Below, in pieces: positions 51,303-64,000 of a stretch of 64,000 bases of DNA (position 1 is the stretch's first letter; every line of letters starts with the position of its first letter). Origin of the DNA: SAR86 cluster bacterium AG-422-E19. GTDB taxonomy: Bacteria; Pseudomonadota; Gammaproteobacteria; Magnimaribacterales; AG-339-G14. The notes under the pieces were generated by a model. That model ran no database searches. It saw only the letters and a list, made by a program, of their open reading frames with translations, and was not told where the DNA came from. Position numbers and translations under genes: made by a program. The stretch is from NCBI GenBank assembly GCA_003213595.1, contig QCMR01000001.1, positions 154,015 through 218,014 on the forward strand, written 5' to 3'.

Positions 51303-52634
51303 ATGATGATCAAATCTTGGAAAAAATGTAAAAAAGCTCTTCAAAAGGAAATGTCCCAGGAAGAATTTAATGCTTGGATTAATCCTTTAGAATTTTCCGT
51401 AAATAAGTCTCCATCAGGAAGTAAGGATCTTTTTATACTCGCTCCCAACGCCTTCATTAAAGAACACGTGAGAGAAAATTATGACGAAATCATTAGAAAA
51501 CACTTACTAAAAGAAGACTTATCAGATATGCCGCTTGTATACGAGCTTATATCTGTGCGTAAGCCATTGATTAGTAAGGAAAATAATAAAAATTTAAACC
51601 TTTTTCTGAACAAAGAGAATACGCTTAATGATGATTACACTTTCGAAACATTTGTAGAGGGTAAATCTAATAACATCGCACTTGCAGCTGCTAAACAGGT
51701 TTCTGAGTCTAAAAATGCAGCTTATAACCCGCTTTTTATATATGGGGGGGTTGGACTAGGGAAGACCCATTTAATGCATGCTGTCGGTAATAAGCTTAAG
51801 GAGCAGGACAAGTCCAAAAATATTGTCTATGTACATTCAGAAAGGTTTGTAAGCGACATGGTGAAGTGTTTGCAGCTAGGATCAATAAACGATTTTAAAA
51901 ATTTTTATAGGTCTGTTGACGCCCTTCTAATTGATGATATTCAATTTTTTGCTGGCAAAGAACAATCTCAGGAAGAGCTTTTTCACACTTTCAACACTTT
52001 ATTAGAAGGCGGCCAACAAATGATTCTAACTTGTGATAAATATCCTAAAGAAATAGACGGTTTAGAAGAGAGGCTCAAATCCAGGCTAGGGTGGGGCCTT
52101 CCAGTAAGCATAGAGCCGCCTGAATTAGAAACAAGAGTTGCAATTTTGTTAACTAAAGCCTCAGAAATGGAATTAAACCTCTCAGAAGACTCAGCTTTTT
52201 ATATTGCAGAAAAAATTAGATCTAATGTTAGAGAGCTTGAAGGTGCGTTAAGAAGAGTAGGCGCTAACGCGAAATTTACAAATAGAGAAATTGATGTAAA
52301 TTTGATAAAAGAGTCGCTAAAAGATTTACTTGCCATTCAGCAAAGACAAATAAGCATAGAAAATATACAAAAAACCGTCTCTGATTACTACAACATTAGA
52401 GTTTCTGATCTTTTATCAAGCAAAAGAACGCGCTCTCTTGCAAGGCCCAGACAAGTCTCAATGTGTTTATCAAAAGAATTAACTAATCATAGTTTGCCAG
52501 AAATAGGAGATTCTTTTGGCGGCAGGGATCATACGACCGTATTGCACGCATGTAGACGAATTACAGCTCTTAGAGAAGAAGATGCTGACATAGCAGAAGA
52601 TTACACTAAATTAATAAGAACATTGACAGCATGA
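51303..52634 (+). CDS. dnaA: Chromosomal replication initiator DnaA
   Basis: YNPLFIYGGVGLGKTH, IDDIQF, GGRDHTTVLHA; start ATG 51303 or 51306. Confidence 0.98.
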   Translation: MMIKSWKKCKKALQKEMSQEEFNAWINPLEFSVNKSPSGSKDLFILAPNAFIKEHVRENYDEIIRKHLLKEDLSDMPLVYELISVRKPLISKENNKNLNLFLNKENTLNDDYTFETFVEGKSNNIALAAAKQVSESKNAAYNPLFIYGGVGLGKTHLMHAVGNKLKEQDKSKNIVYVHSERFVSDMVKCLQLGSINDFKNFYRSVDALLIDDIQFFAGKEQSQEELFHTFNTLLEGGQQMILTCDKYPKEIDGLEERLKSRLGWGLPVSIEPPELETRVAILLTKASEMELNLSEDSAFYIAEKIRSNVRELEGALRRVGANAKFTNREIDVNLIKESLKDLLAIQQRQISIENIQKTVSDYYNIRVSDLLSSKRTRSLARPRQVSMCLSKELTNHSLPEIGDSFGGRDHTTVLHACRRITALREEDADIAEDYTKLIRTLTA

Positions 52635-53731
52635 AATTTTCAGCAAAAAAAGAGGCTCTAGCGGATAAACTTTCATTATGTTCGTCTATTGCTGAGAAAA
52701 GACAAACAATTCCTATACTTTCTAATGTTTTATTGAAAGCGAATAATGGAAATTTAACCATTGTTGCTACTGATTTAGAAAGACAGTTATCTCTTATTGT
52801 TTCAGATTGTTCCATATCGGATGATGGAGAAACAACTGTATCAGCTAGAAAACTATTTGAACTCATAAGGTCTGTTCCAGATGACACAGAATTAAATTTC
52901 GAAGTTATAGAAAACCAACTTGAAATTTCAGCATTAAGCTTTCAAGCAGACTTGGCCATTTTACCTGTCCAGGATTTTCCATTCGTGGACTTAGAGGATC
53001 ATAATTTTAATATTGCTTTGGATGGCAGCAAGTTTGGAAAGGTTCTAGAAAGCACTAGTTTTGCTATGGCATCAGCAGACGTTAGATATTATCTAAATGG
53101 ATTGTTATTTGAGACTGCTCAAAAGAAAATAAATATGGTTGCTACTGATGGTCACAGACTTGCCTGGGGATCTTATTCGCACTCTGAAGATTTGGAAGAT
53201 AAAAAATTAATCATTCCTAGATCTACTGCTCTGGAGTTACAAAGAATTTTAAATTTGTTTCCTGAGGAAATTTCTTTCTCTTCAAACAACTCTCAATTAA
53301 AAATAGAATCTGAAAATTTTACTTTTATAAGCAAATTAATTGAAGGAGCTTATCCGGATTATAAAAAAGTCTTTCCTTCTGGGGAGGAACAATCTCTCGC
53401 AACTTCTAAGTCTCCCATTCTTACCGCGCTGTCGAGATCAGCAGTTCTTTCTAATGAAAAATTTAGAGGCGTTAAATTTGAACTTAGCAAAGACAAATTA
53501 AAAATCCTAGCTAATAATCCAAACAAAGAAAGTGCAGAAGAAGAGTTGGATGTAGATTATTCTGGACAAGATTTGGAAATAGGCTTCAATATAAATTATG
53601 TTCAAGAATCTTTAAATTATCTTCCAGGTGATGATATTGAATTTGTTTTTTTTGGCTCGGAAAATTCCTGCTTAGTTAAGAACTCTTCTAGTGATGATTT
53701 AGTACATGTAATCATGCCGATGAGGTTATGA
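52631..53731 (+). CDS. dnaN: DNA polymerase III beta clamp
   Basis: PILSNVL, ATDLE, ATDGHRL, IMPMRL. Confidence 0.97.
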   Translation: MKFSAKKEALADKLSLCSSIAEKRQTIPILSNVLLKANNGNLTIVATDLERQLSLIVSDCSISDDGETTVSARKLFELIRSVPDDTELNFEVIENQLEISALSFQADLAILPVQDFPFVDLEDHNFNIALDGSKFGKVLESTSFAMASADVRYYLNGLLFETAQKKINMVATDGHRLAWGSYSHSEDLEDKKLIIPRSTALELQRILNLFPEEISFSSNNSQLKIESENFTFISKLIEGAYPDYKKVFPSGEEQSLATSKSPILTALSRSAVLSNEKFRGVKFELSKDKLKILANNPNKESAEEELDVDYSGQDLEIGFNINYVQESLNYLPGDDIEFVFFGSENSCLVKNSSSDDLVHVIMPMRL

Positions 53732-53735
53732 TGAA

Positions 53736-54749
53736 ATGCCGCTATCAAAAATCAATTTAAACAATTTCAGATCTTTTAAAAACTCTTCCTTTGATCTTTC
53801 AAAAAAGAATTTAATTCTTGGAAAAAATGGGGCAGGGAAGTCTTCTTTTTTAGAGGCGATTTTTTTCATTCTATCTAAAAAGTCTTTCAGAACATCTTCT
53901 GCAAATGCAATGATTAACTTTGGATCAAATTTTTTTAAAGTCGATGCGATCTTAAATGGAGAAAAATTTTCTTTAACAAAGGATTTATCATCTTCTGTAA
54001 AATCTAAAACAGGAAATATTCAAAACGATTTTCTGCCTCTTGTGATAAATAATTTTTCTTTGAGTCTTTTGGAAGCGCCAAAGGAGAACAGAAGGTCATT
54101 TATAGATTACCTAATGTTTCACGTGGAACACGATTACAAAATAGATCACTTGAAGTTTAAAAAAGCCCTCGCCCAAAGAAACCGGGCACTGAAAAAAAGC
54201 TCTTCTTCTGAGCTTAAATCTTGGACAAAAGTCTTCATTGATTTGTCTCAGAAATTAACCAAAAAGAAGCTTCAGTTTATAGATTCTTTTTTAGAAAGCT
54301 TTCCGTCTTTTATAGATTCTTTATCTATACCTGAAAACCTAAAAGATAAGTTTAGGGAGATCTCAATTACTTACGATAAAGGCTGGAAAGACAACTTATT
54401 AGAGGAGTTAAGGGAGTCTTTTGTTAAGGATCAGTCAAGGGGGTTTACCTCTTTGGGGCCGCAAACTTCTGATTTAAGAGTAAAAATAAATAAACAAGAT
54501 TCTGGAAATATTTTATCAAGAGGCGAACAAAAGCTATTGATTTTATTGATTTATTTATTTTTTATAAAAGCTTACAATGATCTTAGACCAAACAAAACAA
54601 TTTTCTTGCTTGACGACTTGCCTTCTGAGCTTGATGACAAAAATTTGGACTTAGCACTAAATCTTCTTCAAGATGCTGATTGTCAATTATTTATAACTTC
54701 TTTGGAAAACTTAGAAAAATATGAGTTTGATTTTGTAATTGATTTATAA
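53736..54749 (+). CDS. recF: DNA replication/repair protein RecF
   Basis: NFRS, GKNGAGKS, SRGEQK, LLDDLPSELD. Confidence 0.93.
   Translation: MPLSKINLNNFRSFKNSSFDLSKKNLILGKNGAGKSSFLEAIFFILSKKSFRTSSANAMINFGSNFFKVDAILNGEKFSLTKDLSSSVKSKTGNIQNDFLPLVINNFSLSLLEAPKENRRSFIDYLMFHVEHDYKIDHLKFKKALAQRNRALKKSSSSELKSWTKVFIDLSQKLTKKKLQFIDSFLESFPSFIDSLSIPENLKDKFREISITYDKGWKDNLLEELRESFVKDQSRGFTSLGPQTSDLRVKINKQDSGNILSRGEQKLLILLIYLFFIKAYNDLRPNKTIFLLDDLPSELDDKNLDLALNLLQDADCQLFITSLENLEKYEFDFVIDL
54115..54130. promoter_or_regulatory. parS centromere site embedded in recF
   Basis: TGTTTCACGTGGAACA matches the 16-bp parS consensus TGTTNCACGTGAAACA with one mismatch. Confidence 0.85.
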
Positions 54750-57170
<2,421 letters not shown>

Positions 57171-57171
57171 T

Positions 57172-57882
57172 TCAAAAAAGTTCTGAATATTTGTTTTCCG
57201 TCCAGTCCCTAACTATCTTTGTTGTTTCAGAGGAGCTTTCTGTTGGCTGAATAGGGTCTCCAATAAAAAAAATTACATCGCCCGGCCTTATAATAAAATC
57301 CCCGCCATACCAAGATTCTCCTGCATTATGGACGACAGGGATAATTTCACTATCTGTTTGCAAAGCTAATTCCGCCCCCGTTTTTTTATAAATACCAAGT
57401 TCTCCCGGTTTTCTTCTAGTGCCTTCTGGGTAATAGATTAAAGAAAAACCAGAATCTAATAATTCCTTTCCCATAAAAAAAATTTTTTTTACAGCCTCCG
57501 AGCCCTTGCCTCTATCAATTGGAATTGAACTAAGCAGTCTCAAAGCCCAGCCAATAATTGGCCATGATAATAAAACATCTTTCAGGATAGTTGCTGAAGG
57601 AACAAATCTTTCATACAAAACCAAAGTTTCTATAAAACCTTGATGGTTAGGAAAATAAATTTTTTTTCTTGGTGAATTAATGACCTCAACATTTCCCTCA
57701 AAAACAATCTTTACTCCGCAACAAATTCTTATCCACCAACGAAAGAAAGCAACCCAGGAAAGAATAATTTTCTGTCTGAATTTTCTATCAATAAAAATAC
57801 AAGCTGGGAAGGTTAACGATATGACGATTAAAGAAATTCCTAAAACCACATAAAAGAAAAAAGATCTTACATATGAAATCAT
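57172..57882 (-). CDS. 1-acyl-sn-glycerol-3-phosphate acyltransferase (PlsC family)
   Basis: NHQGFIET, PIDR, YPEGTR. Confidence 0.88.
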   Translation of the reverse strand: MISYVRSFFFYVVLGISLIVISLTFPACIFIDRKFRQKIILSWVAFFRWWIRICCGVKIVFEGNVEVINSPRKKIYFPNHQGFIETLVLYERFVPSATILKDVLLSWPIIGWALRLLSSIPIDRGKGSEAVKKIFFMGKELLDSGFSLIYYPEGTRRKPGELGIYKKTGAELALQTDSEIIPVVHNAGESWYGGDFIIRPGDVIFFIGDPIQPTESSSETTKIVRDWTENKYSELF

Positions 57883-58418
57883 TGGCAGATAAATTTTGTT
57901 GCTGACAATAGATTTTCAAAAACTTGAGCTTGAGAAGTATCATGATTTTTCAACGTGATCTCTCCATAACCAGTTTTAACCAATAAAGGTTTGCATTCAT
58001 GAGCGAGAGCACATTGAACATCAGAAAATTTATCTCCAACAAAATAACTGCCTTTAAGATTAATATCTAAAGCTTTCTCTGCTTGGAGCAAAAGGCCGGT
58101 TTTTGGTTTTCTGCATTCACAATTATCTTCGGGTCTGTGGGGACAAACTTCTACATGAATAATATCTGATCCGTGTTCTCTAACTTTTTGTTTCATGTGA
58201 GAATTGACGTTATCTATTTGATCTTTAGTAGCTATGCCGAGACTAATGCATGCCTGATTTGTGGCAACAACAATTTTAAAATTATTCTCGGATAAAATAG
58301 ATAATGCATCTAGGCTACCATCCTCAAATCTAAAATCTGCCGGCCTTGTAACATAGTCAAAGAGATCAACGTTAATAACTCCATCTCTATCAAGAATAAT
58401 GTACTTCTGTTCTGACAC
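57879..58418 (-). CDS. gmhB: D-glycero-manno-heptose bisphosphate phosphatase (HAD IIIA)
   Basis: LDRDGVIN, ATNQ, CPH...CECRKP, VGD. Confidence 0.9.
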   Translation of the reverse strand: MSEQKYIILDRDGVINVDLFDYVTRPADFRFEDGSLDALSILSENNFKIVVATNQACISLGIATKDQIDNVNSHMKQKVREHGSDIIHVEVCPHRPEDNCECRKPKTGLLLQAEKALDINLKGSYFVGDKFSDVQCALAHECKPLLVKTGYGEITLKNHDTSQAQVFENLLSATKFICQ

Positions 58419-58420
58419 TC

Positions 58421-59782
58421 TTAGCCCTTAAACAGCTTCAGAATGCTTGTTTCTATGTCTTTTAAGTCGATTACTTCTTGCTCCATAGTATCTCTATCTC
58501 TAAAAGTAACTTTGTTCTTTTCTATGGTGTCATAGTCAACTGTTATACAAATTGGGGTGCCAATTTCATCATGTTTGCGATAACTCTTTCCTATGTTTCC
58601 AGTATTTTCAACCGCAACTCTTCCAATATTTAGCTTTAAAAGCCTGTTTTTTATTTCTACAGAAGCGCTTACTATTTCTTCAACGTTCTTTTTAAGAGGA
58701 ATTACAGCTATTTTTATAGGAGATAGATGCTTTTTCAAAGACAATACTACCCTTTTCGTTTCATTTTCAAGATTTTCTTCCTTATATGCGTCGTTTAGAA
58801 TAGCTAAAAATGCCCTTTCGACTCCTGCACTTGGCTCAATAACATAGGGCACAAGCCATTTATTTGATATTTTATCCTGGAAAGCAAGTTTCGCTTTTGA
58901 AGCCTTATTTTCCTTGGTTTTAGCTTTTATGTTGAATTCTTCTTGAGACTTAGTATGAGAGCCTAGATCAAAATCCGTTCTATTCGCAATCCCCTCCAGT
59001 TCTTCTGTTCCATGAGGAAATTTATACATAATATCTGCCGTTGCTTTGGAGTAATGGGATAATTCCTTTTTAGGGACATTGAAAATCTCTAAATTTTCTT
59101 CATTTAAGCCCTGATCTATCCACCATTTCATTCTTTCTTTTATCCAATATTCATGAAATTTCTCATCATCTTTCGGTTCTACAAAATACTCCATTTCCAT
59201 TTGCTCAAATTCTCTTTTCCTAAAGATGAAATTTCTAGCCGTTATTTCATTTCTAAACGCTTTACCAATTTGGGCAATTCCAAAAGGCAGAGTTCTAGAA
59301 GTGCTGTCTAAAACATTCTTAAAATTAATAAAAATATGCTGAGCTGTTTCCGGCCGAAGATAGGCAATGGAAGAGCCATCGTCTACTGGCCCGATATTAG
59401 TTTTAAACATCAGATTAAAATCTCTGGGCTCGGTTAAATTTGTTGACCCACAATTTGGACACTTCATTTCATCTAGAGTATCTGCTCGCATTCTGAATTT
59501 ACAATCTTTGCAATCAATTAAGGGATCAGTGAAAGTATCTTCGTGACCTGACTGAGCAAAGATGTTTTGGCTGCCTAAAATTGAAGAATCCAAGCCTTCT
59601 ATATCATCTCTTTGGTAAATCATAGATTCCCACCAAGCCCTCTTAATATTGTTAGCAAGTTCAACGCCGAGCGGCCCATAATCATAAACGCCCTGCATCC
59701 CTCCATATATCTCTGCGGTTTGAAAAATAAAGCCTCTTCTCTTACAAAGAGAGACAATTTTGTCCATTTTATTATCAGTCAT
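58421..59782 (-). CDS. glyQS: Glycine-tRNA ligase, homodimeric (alpha2) type
   Basis: [52 protein letters not shown], anticodon-binding domain. Confidence 0.93.
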   Translation of the reverse strand: MTDNKMDKIVSLCKRRGFIFQTAEIYGGMQGVYDYGPLGVELANNIKRAWWESMIYQRDDIEGLDSSILGSQNIFAQSGHEDTFTDPLIDCKDCKFRMRADTLDEMKCPNCGSTNLTEPRDFNLMFKTNIGPVDDGSSIAYLRPETAQHIFINFKNVLDSTSRTLPFGIAQIGKAFRNEITARNFIFRKREFEQMEMEYFVEPKDDEKFHEYWIKERMKWWIDQGLNEENLEIFNVPKKELSHYSKATADIMYKFPHGTEELEGIANRTDFDLGSHTKSQEEFNIKAKTKENKASKAKLAFQDKISNKWLVPYVIEPSAGVERAFLAILNDAYKEENLENETKRVVLSLKKHLSPIKIAVIPLKKNVEEIVSASVEIKNRLLKLNIGRVAVENTGNIGKSYRKHDEIGTPICITVDYDTIEKNKVTFRDRDTMEQEVIDLKDIETSILKLFKG

Positions 59783-59811
59783 TAATGTATCTTATTAGAA
59801 GTAAGTACTTA

Positions 59812-61263
59812 CTATTCTTTCCAAAAGAATGCTGTAAATAATACTAACAAAGTATAGATTTCTAATCTTCCAAGTATCATTACAAAAGCCAAAAGGACTT
59901 TCGTAAACGCATCCATTCCTGCGTAATTATAAGCTACTTCACCTAGTCCTGGACCTAAATTATTTAGACATGCCGCTATCGCAGAAAAAGCAGTTTCTGT
60001 ATCTATCCCCTGCCCCATTAAGATAAAAGATCCAACCAAAAAAGTAAGCAAGTAAACTGTTAAAAATCCCCATACCGAATCAGCAACTTCACTATTGATT
60101 TTCTTTTTGCCAATCTTTAAAGGTAAGACAAGATTAGGGTGTATGAGTTTTTTAAGCTCTCTTCTCGCATGATTCAAAAGTACCAAGCCTCTTATCGCTT
60201 TAAAGCCTCCCGCAGTTGATCCTGCACAAGCACCAATCATCCCAATAAAAATTAGCAGTTGAGGGAGGTAAGTAGGAAATGCAGTATGATCCAAAACGGT
60301 AAACCCTGTAGTTGTCGCAAACGAAGTGACAGTGAATAATGACGATACTATTAGACTCGAAGAAATCTCAGAACTGCTTAACCAGATAGTTAATAAGAAT
60401 ACAACAAAAGCAAGAAAAAGCATTTTCCAATAAAACCCGAATTCAGGATCTTTTAAATAGTTGAATAATTTAAAATTCGAAAAAGAAACGTAATGCAGAG
60501 AAAAACTTATGCCAGAAATAAACATAAAAATAACAGCCAAAATATAAATTGTGTTGTTGTTGAAGAAGGCGAAACTCTCGTTGTAATTAGAAAAGCCTCC
60601 AATCGCAATTGTAGTAAAAGAGTGAACTATTGCGTCAAAATATTCCATTCCAGCTATGAAGTAGGATAGGAAACAAATCAAAGTAAGAATGAGATATATG
60701 TACACCAAAACCATAGCAGTTTCAGCAATTTTCGGCCTTAACTTGCTCTGATTTATTGGGCCTTGAGATTCTCCCCTATATAGCTGCATTCCACCAACCC
60801 CCAAAAGCGGCATCAGTGCAATGGCTAATACAATAATACCAAGACCACCTATCCATTGGAGCAAGCCCCTATAAAACAGAATAGAGTAATATTCTTCGGA
60901 TAAATCAGAAAATATCGTCGCGCCTGTAGTAGTTAAACCTGAAGTAGCTTCAAAGTAAGCACTTACTATAGTTATACTGCTTTTAGTTCCTAATATAAGT
61001 GGCAAAGTTGCAAAAATAGTAAAGAATAACCAAAGCAGAACGGTTAACAAAAAACCTTCTTTAACTCTTATGCCTTCATATTTCTTTTCAAAATTAACCA
61101 AATAAAGAAAAGAGCCAAATGCAAGGGTAATAAGGAAAGAATAGGCAAAAGCTGCGATATTATCTTCGCTATAGATAATTGAAACTATAATTGGTGTTAG
61201 TTGTAAAAAAGAAAAGGCGATCAAACCTATTCCCAAAACCCTTGAAATTAACCTAAATTTCAT
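59812..61263 (-). CDS. trkH: Trk K+ uptake membrane protein
   Basis: SGLTTTG, IGGF, TTTGF, GSTAGG, NNLGPG. Confidence 0.93.
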   Translation of the reverse strand: MKFRLISRVLGIGLIAFSFLQLTPIIVSIIYSEDNIAAFAYSFLITLAFGSFLYLVNFEKKYEGIRVKEGFLLTVLLWLFFTIFATLPLILGTKSSITIVSAYFEATSGLTTTGATIFSDLSEEYYSILFYRGLLQWIGGLGIIVLAIALMPLLGVGGMQLYRGESQGPINQSKLRPKIAETAMVLVYIYLILTLICFLSYFIAGMEYFDAIVHSFTTIAIGGFSNYNESFAFFNNNTIYILAVIFMFISGISFSLHYVSFSNFKLFNYLKDPEFGFYWKMLFLAFVVFLLTIWLSSSEISSSLIVSSLFTVTSFATTTGFTVLDHTAFPTYLPQLLIFIGMIGACAGSTAGGFKAIRGLVLLNHARRELKKLIHPNLVLPLKIGKKKINSEVADSVWGFLTVYLLTFLVGSFILMGQGIDTETAFSAIAACLNNLGPGLGEVAYNYAGMDAFTKVLLAFVMILGRLEIYTLLVLFTAFFWKE

Positions 61264-61294
61264 TTTAATTTCTTAAAAAGCATCTAATGTCTTC

Positions 61295-62659
61295 TTAACT
61301 CATTAAACTTGTTTCTAGGGCTGGGAACAGCTTTTTATCTGATAAAAAGATAATTATATGGTCATCTTCGTGAATTTTAACGTCATGATGAGCGATTTTT
61401 AATTCTTTTCCACGTATTACAGCACTTATAGTACAACCATTTGGCAGTTTAATATCATCTATTCCTTGACCTATGATTTTAGGAGTTGTTTCGGGGCTGG
61501 CTATTAGCTCTAATGCCTCAGATTTACCTTTTTTAAATGTATGTGCCCTTTCAATCTTTGCTTTAGTTATGTTTTTCAGTACAACTCCAATTGTAATCTC
61601 ATTTGGAATTACTGTAATGTCTACTTCACCTTGATGAATCAAGTCTAAAAAAGATTGTTTATTCATCAAAGAAAGCACTTTTTTTGCTCCAAGTTTTTTT
61701 GCCAACAAGGAAGACATTACATTTGCTTCATCACTATCAGTTACTGCACAAAACATATCAATCGATTCTATGCCTTCTTCAATTAATAAATCTTCATCTG
61801 TTGAATCGCCATTGAGAACTAATGCAGAATCTAAATTTTCAGATAAGTAATCTCCTCTTTTTCTACTTTTTTCAATAATCTTTACAACGCTAAATTTATC
61901 TTCAAGGATCTTTGCCAATCTTCTGCCAATCTTTCCGCCACCCGCAATCATTATATTTTTGTACTTAGAATCTCTTGGCCTAATTTCGGACATAACTTTC
62001 TTTATATTCCCTTTTGCAGAGATAAAGAAAACTTCATCGCCATCTTTTATGTAATCCTCCCCACTAGGAATAATGATCTCTTCTTCTCGATAGATAGCGG
62101 CAACTCTAGTATCTGCATTAGGAATGTGCTCTCTTAGTTCTGAAACTTTATGACCAGTAATTGGGGCTCCTTCAACAGCTTTTACACTCACCATCGAAGC
62201 TCGTCCATCACCAAAATCTAAAACTTGAAGAGCCCCTGGAAGCTGAACCAATTTTGAAATGTATTCCGTGATAAGAGTCTCCGGAGAAATTAAAACGTCA
62301 ATCGAATATTCCCCATTTTCAAAAATCTGACTACCCTTGCCTTTAAGATATTCTCTAGCTCTAATTCGTGCCATTGTTCTAGTTTTCTTATTGAGATGTT
62401 TAATCATCTGACAAGCAACCAAATTAACTTCATCATATTCGGTCATGGCAATAGCTAACTCTGTATCTTGAATATTTGCGTCTTCGAGAGTTTGTGGATA
62501 GCAACAATTACCACACACAATTTTAATATCGTGTTGTTCCGATTCTTTTTCGAGTTTTTGTTCGTTAAGATCGACGAGGGTTATGCTGTGACCATCTTCG
62601 GATAGAATTTCGGTTAATTCTGATCCAACTTGGCCGGCACCTAAAATTAAGATGTTCAA
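61295..62659 (-). CDS. trkA: Trk K+ uptake NAD-binding protein
   Basis: GAGQVG and GGGKIG RCK domains; TTG start with GGAG. Confidence 0.95.
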   Translation of the reverse strand: MNILILGAGQVGSELTEILSEDGHSITLVDLNEQKLEKESEQHDIKIVCGNCCYPQTLEDANIQDTELAIAMTEYDEVNLVACQMIKHLNKKTRTMARIRAREYLKGKGSQIFENGEYSIDVLISPETLITEYISKLVQLPGALQVLDFGDGRASMVSVKAVEGAPITGHKVSELREHIPNADTRVAAIYREEEIIIPSGEDYIKDGDEVFFISAKGNIKKVMSEIRPRDSKYKNIMIAGGGKIGRRLAKILEDKFSVVKIIEKSRKRGDYLSENLDSALVLNGDSTDEDLLIEEGIESIDMFCAVTDSDEANVMSSLLAKKLGAKKVLSLMNKQSFLDLIHQGEVDITVIPNEITIGVVLKNITKAKIERAHTFKKGKSEALELIASPETTPKIIGQGIDDIKLPNGCTISAVIRGKELKIAHHDVKIHEDDHIIIFLSDKKLFPALETSLMS

Positions 62660-62717
62660 TTATTACTCCAATAAAAATTATACTCTCAGAAAAATAATAT
62701 TGTGAATTTGATTATCA

Positions 62718-63650
62718 CTATTTAAAGCTTTCATCGGAGTTAAAAAAATCTTTTGATCCATTGTAGAAACTTTTGTATTCCATTCGTTTTTTATTCTGCC
62801 TGGCAAGCTCTTTAATTTCGACACACTGATCTATTCCAGAGACTAAAAATTCTTTTTTATCAGCCTTAATAACTTTTCCAGGATCAGAAGCGGGTAGGGC
62901 ATTTATTTTTGCACGGTGAATGATAATTCTTTCATTTTTATATTCTGAAAATGCACAAGGATTAGGACAAAGACCGTTAATTTTGCCAACTATTTCTTCA
63001 GCTGATTTTGTCCAATCTATTCTAGCTTCATCTTTGGTTACTTTAGGAGCATAAGAAGATTCGTTTTCATTTTGTTCTGTAAGTGAAAATGTATTTTCCT
63101 TAATAGAATCAATAACTTGTAGTATGTTTCTAGATGAAATATAGCTCATAATTTCCTCTAAATCTTCGGTATTTGTTCCTTCCTCAATAGGAAATTTTAC
63201 GCTGGTTACAATTGGGCCCGTATCAAGACCAGCATCCATTTTCATGAATGTAATTCCTGTTTCTAGGTCGCAGTTAATTATGCTTCTTTGAATCGGAGCT
63301 GCACCTCTGTACTTAGGCAATAAAGAAGTATGAATGTTAAAGCTTCCATGTTTTGCTACATTCAAAAGTTCTTCACTAATGATGTGTCCAAAAGCAAAGA
63401 CAATAAGAAGATCAATATTGAGTTTTTCCAAGGTAGGTCTGAACTTTTTATCTTTGATTTCATCATATGAAAAAATTTTAATTTTTTTCTCTTCCGCAAA
63501 AACTCTAATAGGACTTTTAACAAATTTTAAACCTCTACCCGAACGCTTTTCTTCTGCACAAATTACTCCAACTAAATCGTGTTCAGAATCGTAGAGTGTT
63601 TCTAAAGTTTTAAGAGCAATTTTTGGCGTAGCAGCAAATAGGATTTTCAT
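62718..63650 (-). CDS. fmt: Methionyl-tRNA formyltransferase
   Basis: NIHTSLLPKYRGAAPIQR, MDAGLDTG. Confidence 0.96.
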   Translation of the reverse strand: MKILFAATPKIALKTLETLYDSEHDLVGVICAEEKRSGRGLKFVKSPIRVFAEEKKIKIFSYDEIKDKKFRPTLEKLNIDLLIVFAFGHIISEELLNVAKHGSFNIHTSLLPKYRGAAPIQRSIINCDLETGITFMKMDAGLDTGPIVTSVKFPIEEGTNTEDLEEIMSYISSRNILQVIDSIKENTFSLTEQNENESSYAPKVTKDEARIDWTKSAEEIVGKINGLCPNPCAFSEYKNERIIIHRAKINALPASDPGKVIKADKKEFLVSGIDQCVEIKELARQNKKRMEYKSFYNGSKDFFNSDESFK

Positions 63651-64000
63651 TATTTCTGTTTGACAATTTTATTTCGGATTCTTCTTCTTTTCAGTTCAGA
63701 AATATGATCAACGAATAGCCGACCATTGAGGTGATCAAGTTCATGCTGGACAACTTTGGTCAATAGTCCTTCGGGTTTAATTTCTTGTTTTTTTCCATTT
63801 AGGTCTTGAAAGGTGAGCTTAATATCTGATGGTCTAGAAATTTTCTCAAAAAAACCCGGGATACTTAAACATCCTTCATCGTAATCCTCAGTTTTAGAAG
63901 GATCCAAAATTTGGATTGTAGGATTGACGATTACTAAAGGTTTATTTTTTTCTGGACTGATGTCGATAACTGCTACTTGTTTAGCAACACCAATTTGAGT
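63650..64000 (-). CDS. def: Peptide deformylase (5' part outside window)
   Basis: Frame open to edge (TQIGV...), EGCLS, QHELDHLNG. Confidence 0.96.
   Translation of the reverse strand, partial: TQIGVAKQVAVIDISPEKNKPLVIVNPTIQILDPSKTEDYDEGCLSIPGFFEKISRPSDIKLTFQDLNGKKQEIKPEGLLTKVVQHELDHLNGRLFVDHISELKRRRIRNKIVKQK

Noticed and set aside
58189..58204. Second parS-like sequence TGTTTCATGTGAGAAT in gmhB
   Set aside because: Four mismatches with a broken right arm.

Overview
AT-rich, extremely gene-dense bacterial chromosome segment spanning the replication origin. Gene order (glmS-glmU-atp-parBA-rsmG-mnmG-[oriC]-mnmE-yidC-yidD-rnpA-rpmH | dnaA-dnaN-recF-gyrB | plsC-gmhB-GlyRS-trkH-trkA-fmt-def) and protein sequences are gammaproteobacterial. 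The streamlining and lipid/redox enzyme load suggest a marine oligotroph such as SAR86 (inference, not verified). 1-33.4 kb is an accessory-type mosaic of lipid, sulfonate and glutathione-linked enzymes, membrane proteins and DUFs; 33.5-64 kb is the core origin cluster. I saw no rRNA, tRNA, CRISPR array, transposase or prophage. All family calls are from motif recognition and remembered reference sequences, not database searches. Best leads: (1) a remodelled ParABS, with ParA lacking both Soj DNA-binding arginines, ParB carrying a duplicated N-terminal peptide, and one parS inside recF; (2) a 37-aa CDGSH-like microprotein missed by the ORF track; (3) a Thermus-like homodimeric GlyRS at the glyQ-glyS locus; (4) a double-DHp/REC protein without kinase domain coupled to a PAS-EAL phosphodiesterase; (5) a secreted MBL-fold protein that has lost one whole metal site; (6) a solitary Nmad3 gene; (7) a suite of eukaryote-like lipid hydrolases and oxygenases.
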